From assembly GCA_963806225.1 (NCBI GenBank), contig CAWDXG010000001.1, positions 672,001-736,000 on the forward strand: a stretch of 64,000 bases of DNA, written 5' to 3'. A program made the translations under genes and the position numbers. This document shows, in pieces, positions 43,545-52,722 of the stretch. Within the stretch, counting starts at the first letter, position 1. Each line of letters opens with the position of its first letter. Below the pieces are notes generated by a model. It was not told the origin of the DNA and did no database searches. It was given only the letters and a program-made list of their open reading frames with translations. The DNA comes from an uncultured delta proteobacterium. GTDB lineage: Bacteria; Myxococcota_A; Polyangia; Polyangiales; Polyangiaceae.

Positions 43545-45488
43545 CTATCTTTCCATCACGATGATGCCGAACTTGTCGTCGTCGTACAGGCGATCGAAGA
43601 TCTCGGCGAACTTCTTCTCGACGTTCTTGCGCTTGACCTTGAGCGTGGGGGTGACCTCGTCCTCTTCCAGCGACAGGTCGCGGTCGAGCAGATAGACGCG
43701 CTTGACCTGCTCGACCCGGGAGAGCTTCTGGTTGCCCTTCTTCACCGCGTCGGCGATGCGCTGCCGGAGCTCGGGCAGGGCCGTCACCTTCGCCATCAGC
43801 TCGTCGAGGCCCTCGGGGCGGGCCAGGGGGTTCGCCATCAGCGCGCGCTTCATCGGCTCCACGGCCGCCGTGTCATCCACCAGCTTCTTCTCGACGCCGA
43901 TCTCGATGCAATCCAGCGGATTGAGCGTCAGGAGCGCGGTGATGTACGGCCGCCGGTCGCCGTGCGCGTGCACCATGCTGATGATCGGATCCTGCGTCTT
44001 GATCTCGTTCTCGATGTTGGCGGGCGTGAGGTTCTTGCCGCCCGCGGTGATGATGATGTGCTTCTTGCGGTCGACGATGTACAGGTACCCCTCGGCGTCT
44101 TTCTTTCCGATGTCGCCGGTGTGCAGCCAGCCGTCCTTGTCGACGGTCTCGGCGGTGGCTTCGGGGTTCTTGTAGTAGCCCTGGAACACGGTCTTGCCGC
44201 GCAGCAGGATCTCGCCGTCGTCGGCCAGGCTGTCCTCGACGAAGTCCAGCGCTTTGCCCACCGAGCCGAGGCGCGCGGCGCCGGGGCGGTTGGTGTGCGA
44301 GACGACCGTCACTTCGGTCATGCCGTAGACCTCGTAGATCGGAAAGCCCGCGCCCCAGAAGAAGTCGAGGATGCGCCGCGGGATCGGCGCTGCGCCGGTG
44401 ACGAAGTACTTCACGTTGCCGCCGAACACCGCGCGCAGCTTGCTGAAGACCAGTCGATCCGCGAGCTGGTGCTGCAGCCCGAGGCCAATCGGGATGGTCT
44501 GCCCTGCCTGCCAGCAATCCACCACCTGCTGGCCCACCGCCTCGGCCCAGCGGAAGATGCGTTTCTTCGCAGGCGGTGCCTTCTCCACCTCGCTCTGGAT
44601 GCGCGCGTACGCCTTCTCGAAGATGCGCGGCACGCTGCCGAAGATGGTCGGGTGGACCTCTTTGACCTCGTCGAGCACTGCCGGCACGCTCGACGCGTAG
44701 GCGGCGCAGGTGCCCCAGTTGATGCGCCCGTAGAACGACAGCACGCGCTCCGCCACGTGCGCCATCGGCAGGAACACCAGGCTGGTATCGTTCTGGTCGA
44801 AGGGCATGATGGCGGCGCCGCCGAGCAGCACCAGGATGTTCTCGTGCGAGATCATCGCGCCCTTGGGCGGCCCGGTGGTCCCGCTCGTGTACACGATGAT
44901 CGCCGTCTGCGCGGGCTCGACGGCGCCGACGCGCTCGTCGATGCGGCGACGATCCGCCTCGGTCGCCATCGCATCGTCGAAGGCCACGATCCAGTCGTGC
45001 TCGCGCAGCGCCTCCTCGACGTCGTGGGTGTCCCACACGACAACCAGCTCGAGCTTCGGCATTTCTGCCTTTTTCTCGATCAGCTTGATGAGCTGTTCGG
45101 CGTCCTCGACGAACACCACGCGCGTGTCGGAGTGGTCCAGGATGTAGGCGAGCTGCTCGGTTGTGAGCGTCGGATAGGCGCCGACCGTCACCGCGCCGGT
45201 CAGAAGCCCTGCCATGTCGCAGATGCACCACTCGGGCCGCGTGCTGCCGACGATGGTCACCTTGTCGTCGAGCGCGATGCCGCGGTCGAGCAGGAACGTC
45301 GCGACCGACGCCGCCGCCCGATAGAAGTCGTGCCAGGTCGACGTGACCCACTCGCCTTTCACCTTGCGCATCCAGGCCGGCGCGCTGGGCGTGCGCTCGG
45401 CGCGCTTGAGGAAGAGGTCCGGCATGCTGCGCGCCTGCCCGGCGAGCGGGCGCGCGGGCTTCTTCGGCGAAATCGTGGCGTCGAGCAT
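43545..45488 (-). CDS. Long-chain fatty acid-CoA ligase (FadD15-like)
   Basis: YTSGTTGPPKG, YGMTE, WLHTGDIG, DRKK, TPTLKVKR. Confidence 0.95.
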   Translation of the reverse strand: MLDATISPKKPARPLAGQARSMPDLFLKRAERTPSAPAWMRKVKGEWVTSTWHDFYRAAASVATFLLDRGIALDDKVTIVGSTRPEWCICDMAGLLTGAVTVGAYPTLTTEQLAYILDHSDTRVVFVEDAEQLIKLIEKKAEMPKLELVVVWDTHDVEEALREHDWIVAFDDAMATEADRRRIDERVGAVEPAQTAIIVYTSGTTGPPKGAMISHENILVLLGGAAIMPFDQNDTSLVFLPMAHVAERVLSFYGRINWGTCAAYASSVPAVLDEVKEVHPTIFGSVPRIFEKAYARIQSEVEKAPPAKKRIFRWAEAVGQQVVDCWQAGQTIPIGLGLQHQLADRLVFSKLRAVFGGNVKYFVTGAAPIPRRILDFFWGAGFPIYEVYGMTEVTVVSHTNRPGAARLGSVGKALDFVEDSLADDGEILLRGKTVFQGYYKNPEATAETVDKDGWLHTGDIGKKDAEGYLYIVDRKKHIIITAGGKNLTPANIENEIKTQDPIISMVHAHGDRRPYITALLTLNPLDCIEIGVEKKLVDDTAAVEPMKRALMANPLARPEGLDELMAKVTALPELRQRIADAVKKGNQKLSRVEQVKRVYLLDRDLSLEEDEVTPTLKVKRKNVEKKFAEIFDRLYDDDKFGIIVMER

Positions 45489-45557
45489 GGGTGTCCCTCC
45501 AGTGACGGGACGGCTGTTCTATCCCACTCCCCCCTCGATTTCGACTGTCAATCGCGC

Positions 45558-46859
45558 CTAGTGCCGGTGCGGCTGCTGGCAGCGCAGCGTCCGGGCCCAG
45601 GTGCGGCGATCGGCGACGTAGGCGACGAGCGCGCCGTGCACCAGCGCGGCAACAGAGACGTTCGAGAACGCGCCGGCGCGGGCGACGAGCACGGGTGCGC
45701 CGAGCTTGTCGCCGTCCAGGGCGGCGAGGTGCAGCTCCTGCGGCGAGCCGGGCGTCGCTTCGGCCGGCCGCGTGTAGAGCACCACGGCCTTGCCGCAGAC
45801 GCGCGCCGTCGCGAGCGGCGCGGGGTCGAGCCCATTGGGAAATGCGCGCCAGGTGACGGTCGCGTTCATCGTCGGCCGGGTGCCGACGTCGATGCGCGCC
45901 AGCCCGAAGCGGGTGATGTCGCGCTCGAGCGGCAGAAACGCCCACACGTCGCTGTCCGGCGCGGCCACGGCGGACAGCTCCGTCAGCGGTTGCGACGCTC
46001 CGCCCACCCACACCACCACGTCCTTGCCGAGCTTCGGCTTGTTGCCGTCGAACGTGATGGTCCGCGCGTGCACCGGAGACATCGCGGTGCGCCCGGCCAG
46101 CGATACCGCGACGAGCCCGCTGTCCGTGCGCGCGAGCGCGATGCTGTTTGCTCCCGCGGCGTCCGGCGAGATGTCGATCGTCCCGCTGCCCTGCACCCAC
46201 AGGTGCGCGCGCAGCCCGCCCGCCCCGTGCGCGATGTACGCCACGGCCGGCGGCTTCCCATCCGGCGCGCTCGCCACTCGCGTGCCGTCGCGCGCGTCGC
46301 TCGCCAGCACTTCGGGCTTGTCGCCTCCGTCGACGGCGTGGCGCAGCAGCTTGCCGGCGCGGATCCAGTAGGCGTAGCCGCCCTGTAGCGCGGGCCCGCG
46401 CGCCAGCGCCACGAACGCGGCGGGGCCCTGCTCCACCGGCGCGATCGGCGTCGCAACCGGCCGCTGCTTCGCGTGCGCGAGCTTTGCGGCGTCGAGCTTC
46501 GCAACGGCGACAGCGCCGTCGCGCGTCACCATGACGACACCCTGCGCGCCGGCCGTTGCTGGACCGGCCGGGCCCACGTCGGAGAGCTCGTCGATCACGT
46601 ACGGGCCCTTGCCGTTGGCCAGCGCGTCGTCGGCGTGCGGCGCCTCGTCTTTCTCGTTCGACGCGGCGGGGGGCCGGTCGGCGGGAGCGCTTCGCGTTGC
46701 CGCGGGCGGTGCGGGCGCGGGCTTCGGCGCGCTTTTGCCCGGGCTCACGGGGACCGGGGCTTCATGGGGCTTCGCGTCGTGCTTGTCGCAGCCGGTCAGG
46801 AGCGACGCTGCCGCCAGCGCGCACGCCCCGATCGCTGGCGTTCGCCGACGCACTCCCAT
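45558..46859 (-). CDS. Hypothetical lipoprotein (beta-rich, possibly propeller-like)
   Basis: Lipobox LLTGC, Pro-rich linker. Confidence 0.65.
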   Translation of the reverse strand: MGVRRRTPAIGACALAAASLLTGCDKHDAKPHEAPVPVSPGKSAPKPAPAPPAATRSAPADRPPAASNEKDEAPHADDALANGKGPYVIDELSDVGPAGPATAGAQGVVMVTRDGAVAVAKLDAAKLAHAKQRPVATPIAPVEQGPAAFVALARGPALQGGYAYWIRAGKLLRHAVDGGDKPEVLASDARDGTRVASAPDGKPPAVAYIAHGAGGLRAHLWVQGSGTIDISPDAAGANSIALARTDSGLVAVSLAGRTAMSPVHARTITFDGNKPKLGKDVVVWVGGASQPLTELSAVAAPDSDVWAFLPLERDITRFGLARIDVGTRPTMNATVTWRAFPNGLDPAPLATARVCGKAVVLYTRPAEATPGSPQELHLAALDGDKLGAPVLVARAGAFSNVSVAALVHGALVAYVADRRTWARTLRCQQPHRH

Positions 46860-47160
46860 TCCGGCTTTGTGCCACAGCAGCGCCACGGCTGCCTGTGGAT
46901 CCCGCGGGTGGCCCGAGCTCGCGGCGCTGGACACGCTGACCTGGCATGAACCCTCTGCCCGGCTGCGAGCCCATCCACTATTCTTCAACAGGTAGTAATT
47001 GCAGGAGTTTTTTACGCGCAGGCGGGCGCACATCAGAATACATAGTGCGTTTTGCACCTACATCCTGTATAGAGCGCTCTCCAGGCCGGCAATGCTGTCC
47101 CGCAGGTCGCGACCTCGCGTCGTGAAGCGGGCTCATCAGTCGGTGGAGAACGAGGCAGTC

Positions 47161-49230
47161 GTGTTCAAGAAGGCAGTACTCCTTGGGTGCTCGTTGCTTG
47201 TTGCTGCGTGCGGTTCGAACGCCAACACCGACTTCAACGGCAACGGCCCGGGTGCGGCCGCCGGAGCCGCCGGAGTCGGCGGTCAAGCGGGCAGCGGTGG
47301 TCAGGCGGGCAGCGGCGGAAGCGGCAACGCCGGTGGCAGCTCCGGCGCGGCGGGCAACGCCGGCGCGGGCGGTGCGGCTGGCAACGCGGGTGCAGGTGGC
47401 AGCGCCGGAAGCACCGGCAACCCTGGGCTTCTCATCACCGAGATCATGGCGAACCCGAAGGCCGTGAGCGACGACGTGGGCGAGTACTTCGAGGTCGAGA
47501 ACTCGAGCGGTGCCGCGATCGATTTGAAGGGCTACCGGATCTACGACGGCTACGGCAACTCGCACGTCATTGCCAACGACGTGAACGTCGACCCCGGCGC
47601 CTACGCCGTGCTGGCGCGCAACGGCGATCCCAAGGTCAATGGCGGCGTGATCGCCGACTACGTCTACGACAACTTCTTCCTGTCGAACTCCCACGACGCG
47701 ATCAAGATCGATGATCCCAAAGGCAAGCTGGTCGCTTCGGTCGAGTACACGACCTCCGCACCCTGGCCGGCCGCCGAGGGCGTGGCCATCGAGCTGTCGG
47801 ACCTGAACAAGGATCCGGCCGATCCTGCCAGCTGGCAGCTGGCGAAGAACCGCTACGGAACGGGAGATCTCGGCACGCCGGGTGGCCCGAACGGCTGGAG
47901 CCCCGACCCCTACACGCTGGATGCGAACGACCTCGGCTGGCAGGACCCCGATCTCCACGGGAGCCTGTTCTTCAGCTACTTCGACCAGCCCAAGAAGGCG
48001 ATCCTGTCGGCGCTCGCCACGGCCAAGACCTCCGTGCACATCGCCATGTTCAATCTGCGTGATGGCGACATCATCTCGGCGCTGGGGGCGCTCGCGAAAA
48101 AGGGCGTCGATGTGCAGATCCTGCTCGACAAGAAGGACATGCAGCAGACCTACAACCAGGCGACCCTGCAGGCGATGACCGCGGCGGGTCTTTCGCCCGT
48201 CGGTATCGACAACACCAGCGCCACCGACGCTACCATGCACGACAAGTTCACCGTCGTGGACGGCCGGACCGTGCTGACCGGATCGATGAACTACTCCGGC
48301 AACGCCCTGAAGCTGAACGACGAGGAGCTCCTGCGCATGGACGACGCCTCGGTGGCCTCGCTCTTCGAGACCGAGTTCGACAAGCTGAAGGCCGGGGGGA
48401 CCAAGACGGCTACGGCGGCGATGACTGATCCGGTGCGGGTTCTGTTCGGTACCGAGGACAAGCTCTACAACGTCACGGCCGACGAGATCAGGGCCGCGAA
48501 GAGCAGCGTCTACGTCGCCATGTTCTCGCTGAACATCCAGAAGCTCGTCGACGAGCTCATCGCCGCCAAGCAGCGAGGCGTGCATGTCGTCGTCGTGCTC
48601 GACAAGGTCCAGGCCGACGCCAGTACCGAGGACGAGCAGCTCGAACAGGCTGGCATCCCGGTGCTCCGCTACGAGAATACCCGCGGCAGCGCGGGCAACA
48701 CGGGACTGGTGGAGCTGCACAACAAGCTGTGCGTGATCGACGGCAAGACGGTGCTGATGGGCTCCTACAACTGGACCAATCTCGCGAGCTTCTTCAACGA
48801 CGAGAACATGCTGGTGCTCACGTCGGAGCGGCTTGCTACCGAGGCGAACCGCGAGATCGCCCAGATGATCAACGACCATGACCCGGCTTTCGACCCCTCG
48901 GCGGTCGGCTTCGCCGCTGGCAATCGCAGCGTGAAGTTCAGCGTGCGCGGACTGACGCTCGACGCCGGCGCCGGGCTCTACCTGGTGGGCAACGTCGACG
49001 CCCTCGGCGCCGACAACTACGCGCTCGCGCTGCCGCTCACGGCTGCATCGGGTGGCACCTGGCAGGCGTCCGTCGATCTGCCGGCGGGCAGCGCGTTCAG
49101 CTACCAGATCATCGCCAGGAACAAGATCCGGCACAATCACACCGAGCCGGTCGCTGCGAGCCAGTTTACCGTGCCCTACGCCGCCGGACCTGCGCTGATC
49201 GATCACGCGTTCGGCAAGACGCTCGAGTAG
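47161..49230 (+). CDS. Lipoprotein: lamin-tail domain + two PLD (HKD) domains + CBM20-like domain
   Basis: Lipobox LVAAC; LLITEIMANP..EYFEV..GTPG; HDKFTVVD..TGSMN and HNKLCVID..GSYNW; LYLVGNVDALG..W. Confidence 0.85.
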   Translation: MFKKAVLLGCSLLVAACGSNANTDFNGNGPGAAAGAAGVGGQAGSGGQAGSGGSGNAGGSSGAAGNAGAGGAAGNAGAGGSAGSTGNPGLLITEIMANPKAVSDDVGEYFEVENSSGAAIDLKGYRIYDGYGNSHVIANDVNVDPGAYAVLARNGDPKVNGGVIADYVYDNFFLSNSHDAIKIDDPKGKLVASVEYTTSAPWPAAEGVAIELSDLNKDPADPASWQLAKNRYGTGDLGTPGGPNGWSPDPYTLDANDLGWQDPDLHGSLFFSYFDQPKKAILSALATAKTSVHIAMFNLRDGDIISALGALAKKGVDVQILLDKKDMQQTYNQATLQAMTAAGLSPVGIDNTSATDATMHDKFTVVDGRTVLTGSMNYSGNALKLNDEELLRMDDASVASLFETEFDKLKAGGTKTATAAMTDPVRVLFGTEDKLYNVTADEIRAAKSSVYVAMFSLNIQKLVDELIAAKQRGVHVVVVLDKVQADASTEDEQLEQAGIPVLRYENTRGSAGNTGLVELHNKLCVIDGKTVLMGSYNWTNLASFFNDENMLVLTSERLATEANREIAQMINDHDPAFDPSAVGFAAGNRSVKFSVRGLTLDAGAGLYLVGNVDALGADNYALALPLTAASGGTWQASVDLPAGSAFSYQIIARNKIRHNHTEPVAASQFTVPYAAGPALIDHAFGKTLE

Positions 49231-49345
49231 CGCGGGAGCCGGCTTTGCGGCCGAAGGTCGGGCGCTGCTGCGGCGAACGCGGCAGCGCCCGGATTTCCGG
49301 ATCCCGACCCTGGTTCCCGGCGGCCATGCGCGCTATCCGGCGGTC

Positions 49346-50245
49346 ATGATGACGCAAGCGAACAGGCTGGCAGTCGTCCTGGGCGCTGTGCTGGGGACAG
49401 GCTGCGCCAACTCGTCCCCGCCACCGAGGAATCCCGGGTCGCCGGAGGCGTCGGCCGCGCCGTCCGGCGCGAATCCGTCCACGGTGACGCTCTCCACCAC
49501 GAGCGAGCTGCCGCGCCCCAACACGCAGCCCGATGCCGTCGTTGCCGTCCAGATCAAGGCGGACGGATCGGTGTTCATCGACGCCAAGCGCATTGCCGGC
49601 GCCAAGGCCATCGGTGCGACCATCGACGCGGCCCATCCCGGCGATCACTCGAAGCTGCAGGCCCTGGTCTACGCCGACAGCGAGGCGCGCTACGGCAGCG
49701 TGATCCCCGTGCTCGACGCCCTGCGCCGCGACGGCGTGACGCGCATCGGCATCGTTGTGCGTCCGCCGGACGAGAAGAAAGCCGAAGCGAGCGCGACCCC
49801 CGCCCCGGGCGCCGCAGCCCCCGCGTCGCCGCCGCCCACCGCCTCTGCTGTGCCCGCTGCGCCGGCAGTGCCGAACGAGTCGCCGCCCGACGAGCCGCCC
49901 GGCAAGCTGCCCGAGGTCAGCGTGGAGAATATCGGCCTGCACATCGGCGGTGGTCCCAACGACGACGCGAGCAAGGCGCCTTTCAGAAAGGCCATCGAGC
50001 CGCACTTCGACGACTTCCGCGCCTGCTACGTCAAGGTTGTCGAGCCCGACAAGGGCGGCACGTTCGGCGTCGATCTGCGCGTTGGCCGCAACGGCGGCAA
50101 GCCCGAGGTGCGCCAGCCGCGCACCGGCATGAAGGGCAAGGGCTTCCGCGATTGCATGGTCAGCGTGTTCCAGGGGATCGACTTTCCTGCGCCGCACAAG
50201 CCCGTGGTGTTCAGCTACTCGCTCAGGTTCCGGGTTGGGAAGTAG
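49346..50245 (+). CDS. Lipoprotein: ExbD/TolR-like periplasmic domain + TonB-C/AgmX-like C-terminal domain
   Basis: Lipobox LGTGC; VQIKADGSVFID...ADSEARYGSVIPVLDALRRDGVTRIG; FRACY...DCM...FPAP...SYSLRF. Confidence 0.7.
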   Translation: MMTQANRLAVVLGAVLGTGCANSSPPPRNPGSPEASAAPSGANPSTVTLSTTSELPRPNTQPDAVVAVQIKADGSVFIDAKRIAGAKAIGATIDAAHPGDHSKLQALVYADSEARYGSVIPVLDALRRDGVTRIGIVVRPPDEKKAEASATPAPGAAAPASPPPTASAVPAAPAVPNESPPDEPPGKLPEVSVENIGLHIGGGPNDDASKAPFRKAIEPHFDDFRACYVKVVEPDKGGTFGVDLRVGRNGGKPEVRQPRTGMKGKGFRDCMVSVFQGIDFPAPHKPVVFSYSLRFRVGK

Positions 50246-50330
50246 CCAGCGCTTCGCAGCGTCAGTGCCCAGCGCTGTCGCTTGCCTTCGAGAGCGACGC
50301 GCGCGTATCCTATTGTCCAGCGAGGTGAAC

Positions 50331-51222
50331 ATGCGGAATTTGGGTCGTGATTGGAAGCGTGCGTGGGTTCTCTCGCTGATGCTCTGCGGAGCGGCCTTCG
50401 GGTGCAGCTCCGGTTCTTCCAGCGGGCAGGGCACTGGCGGTCAGAGCGGCAAGCTCGGCCAACCGGGTTGTACCCGCAATCCGGACTGCAGCGCATGCGG
50501 CGACTGCTATTCGAGGTGCTACTGCTATACCTCCAGCGCGAAGTGCGCCGGAGACTGCGGCTTGGGAACGGGCGGTACCGGTGCAACCGGCGCGGGCGGC
50601 ACGGGCACGGGCGGCTCGGGCGCGGGCGGCTCGGGCACAGGCGGCTCGGGCACAGGCGGCTCGGGCACAGGCGGCAGCTCGGGCAGCGGCACGGGCGGCA
50701 GCTCGGGCAGCGGTACCGGTGGCAGCTCGGGCAGCGGCACCGGCGGTAGCGGTACCGGTGGGACCACCTCCGATCCCTTCGCAGCGGCGCGCCAGAAGTG
50801 TATCGACCACATCAACGCGCTCCGGAAGACCAAGGGACGCGCACCGTACACGCGCTGGACCTCCATCGAATCCTGCGTCGACGGCGAGGCGACCTACGAT
50901 TCGACCCACGGCCCCCACGCTGATTTCATCGCCGGCAATACCTGTGGGGCGTACTCGCAGGGTGAGTGTCCGGGTCAGGGTCCGAGCTCGGTCACCCAGT
51001 GCATCGACCTGATGTGGGCGGAGAAGGACCAGGCGATCTGCTCGGGCTGTGATTCCTGTCCCAGCATGCAGCAGTGCTTTGCCGGCAATTGTCCGAACTG
51101 CCAGTGCACGACGTTCCAACCCGACCTGCGGCCACTACGTCGCGCTGGTGGTCGCCTCGCAGTCGATGGCGGCCTGCGGCTTCAGCACCGGCAGCCCGTA
51201 CATGACCATCGACTACAAGTGA
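50331..51222 (+). CDS. Cys-rich lipoprotein with CAP/SCP-like domain, apparent +1 frameshift at about 51114
   Basis: Lipobox AFGC, GGSGT linker, CIDHINALR, MWAEK, corrected tail CGHYVAL...AACGF...IDYK*. Confidence 0.72.
50571..50762 (+). repeat. Coding Gly/Ser/Thr linker repeats (15-21 bp units)
   Basis: ggcggctcgggcaca x3-4, ggcagctcgggcagcggc x3. Confidence 0.85.
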
Positions 51223-51251
51223 CCGCCGGGGCGGGGCTGGGGCCGCAGGAC

Positions 51252-51566
51252 ATGAAGCGTGGACTTGCGATTGCGCTGGTTGCTGCGACGGCGATGCTCG
51301 TCGGATGTGGTTGGACGCGGAACCAGAAGGAAGGGGTCAAGCTGGCGCTGACCCAGGGGTTCAAGACAGGCCTCGCCAAGCACAAAAAGACGATCGACGA
51401 CAAGACCGTCAACGCCTGGGCGACGTGCGTCGCCGACAAGGTCACGAAGCGGTGGAAGTCGTTCAACCAGTTCAAGGCGCACCAGCGCGATCCGGACGTA
51501 GCGAAATTCAGGAACGATTGCGCGGACCAGACCAAGCTCTTCGCCGCGGTGACCGACGCGAAATAG
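51252..51566 (+). CDS. Small helical lipoprotein
   Basis: RBS-like agga, MKRGLAIALVAATAMLVGC. Confidence 0.75.
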   Translation: MKRGLAIALVAATAMLVGCGWTRNQKEGVKLALTQGFKTGLAKHKKTIDDKTVNAWATCVADKVTKRWKSFNQFKAHQRDPDVAKFRNDCADQTKLFAAVTDAK

Positions 51567-51591
51567 GGCGGCGGGGCTGGCAGCCCGGCGA

Positions 51592-52701
51592 TCAGGTAGG
51601 GTCGGGCGGTCGGTCCGGCCGTGCCGCGAAAGCCCGCGCTTCCTCGCGGACAGCACGCCAGGAGCCGAGCGCCTCCTTCACGCCGAGGTGGTAGGCGATG
51701 GCCAGGATGGCTTTGTGGGTTGCGATGGCCGGCAGAGGCAGCCCAACTCGTTTTAGCCCCTCGCCCAGTGAGCGAAGCCCCGCGATGCCGCCGCGCCCCA
51801 GCCGATCCGACCAGCAGAGCGAGCGGACGGCCAGCGCGTTCAGCCTGCTGCCGTTGACCAGATTCCTGAGCGGGTGGGTGTCCGCCGAGTGGTCGTGTTT
51901 CTCGTGGATGTAGACCGCGCTGCGTCCGTAGGCCACCTGCCGCGAGAGCCACGTCGACCACGCCCCCACGCGGGAACGGTGGGTCGCCGCTGCACCTTCC
52001 ACGAAGACGAAATGTGCACCCGCCTGCAGCAGCCGAACCCCCATCTCGAGATCCTCGCCGAGCCGGAGTTTTTCGTCGAAGCCGCCTCCCTCGAGGTAGG
52101 CCGCCCTGGAGAGCGAGACGTTCTGCGTGACGAACGCACTCGGCTGCGCGCGCAGCGTGCCCCGGGCCAGGCCCTGGTGCAGCTCCAGCATGGCCTGCGT
52201 CCGCACCGCTTCGTACAGAGGCTGCTGCTCCCAGCCATCTTCGGGGACAACCCTGCCGATCACCACGGTCCGCGGCCCGCCCGCTTCGAGCGCCTCGAGG
52301 TGGGCGGCGAGGAAGCCGGGAACGAGATCCATGTCGTCGTCGATCACGCAGATCCACGGGGCCGTGCTGTCGAGGATGGCCCGGTGCCGCGCCACCGACT
52401 GGCCCGCGTTGTCCTGGAACACGGCGACGAGCGGTAGGCCGCGTTGGGTCGCTTCCGTGAACAGCGCGCGGTAGGCTGACTCGTGCTCGTCGCGTCCGTC
52501 CACCACCACGCGCACCTCGAAGGATTCGCGCGCGAGCGTCTGCCGCTCGAGCGAAGCCAAAAGCGTCCGCATGGCGTCGGGCCGGCGGTAGGTCGCCACC
52601 ACCAGGACGAGTTTTCGGATCGCGGCAGAAATGCCCCACCTCCCGGCCAGCAGGTGCCAGCCGCCACGCGGAACATAATAACGCCGAGCGGTCCGGGCCA
52701 T
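51592..52701 (-). CDS. Glycosyltransferase family 2
   Basis: VATYRR, VVVDG, NAGQSVARH, IDDD, GGFDE, GEDLE; start uncertain. Confidence 0.9.
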   Translation of the reverse strand: MARTARRYYVPRGGWHLLAGRWGISAAIRKLVLVVATYRRPDAMRTLLASLERQTLARESFEVRVVVDGRDEHESAYRALFTEATQRGLPLVAVFQDNAGQSVARHRAILDSTAPWICVIDDDMDLVPGFLAAHLEALEAGGPRTVVIGRVVPEDGWEQQPLYEAVRTQAMLELHQGLARGTLRAQPSAFVTQNVSLSRAAYLEGGGFDEKLRLGEDLEMGVRLLQAGAHFVFVEGAAATHRSRVGAWSTWLSRQVAYGRSAVYIHEKHDHSADTHPLRNLVNGSRLNALAVRSLCWSDRLGRGGIAGLRSLGEGLKRVGLPLPAIATHKAILAIAYHLGVKEALGSWRAVREEARAFAARPDRPPDPT

Positions 52702-52722
52702 GGCCCGAGGGAGCGCGAGCTG

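Noticed and set aside
47161..49230. PLD protein as an anti-phage nuclease
   Set aside because: It is an exported lipoprotein without helicase, methylase or other defence partners
50235..51566. Single 443-aa ORF
   Set aside because: Artefactual fusion of two lipoprotein genes caused by the +1 at about 51114
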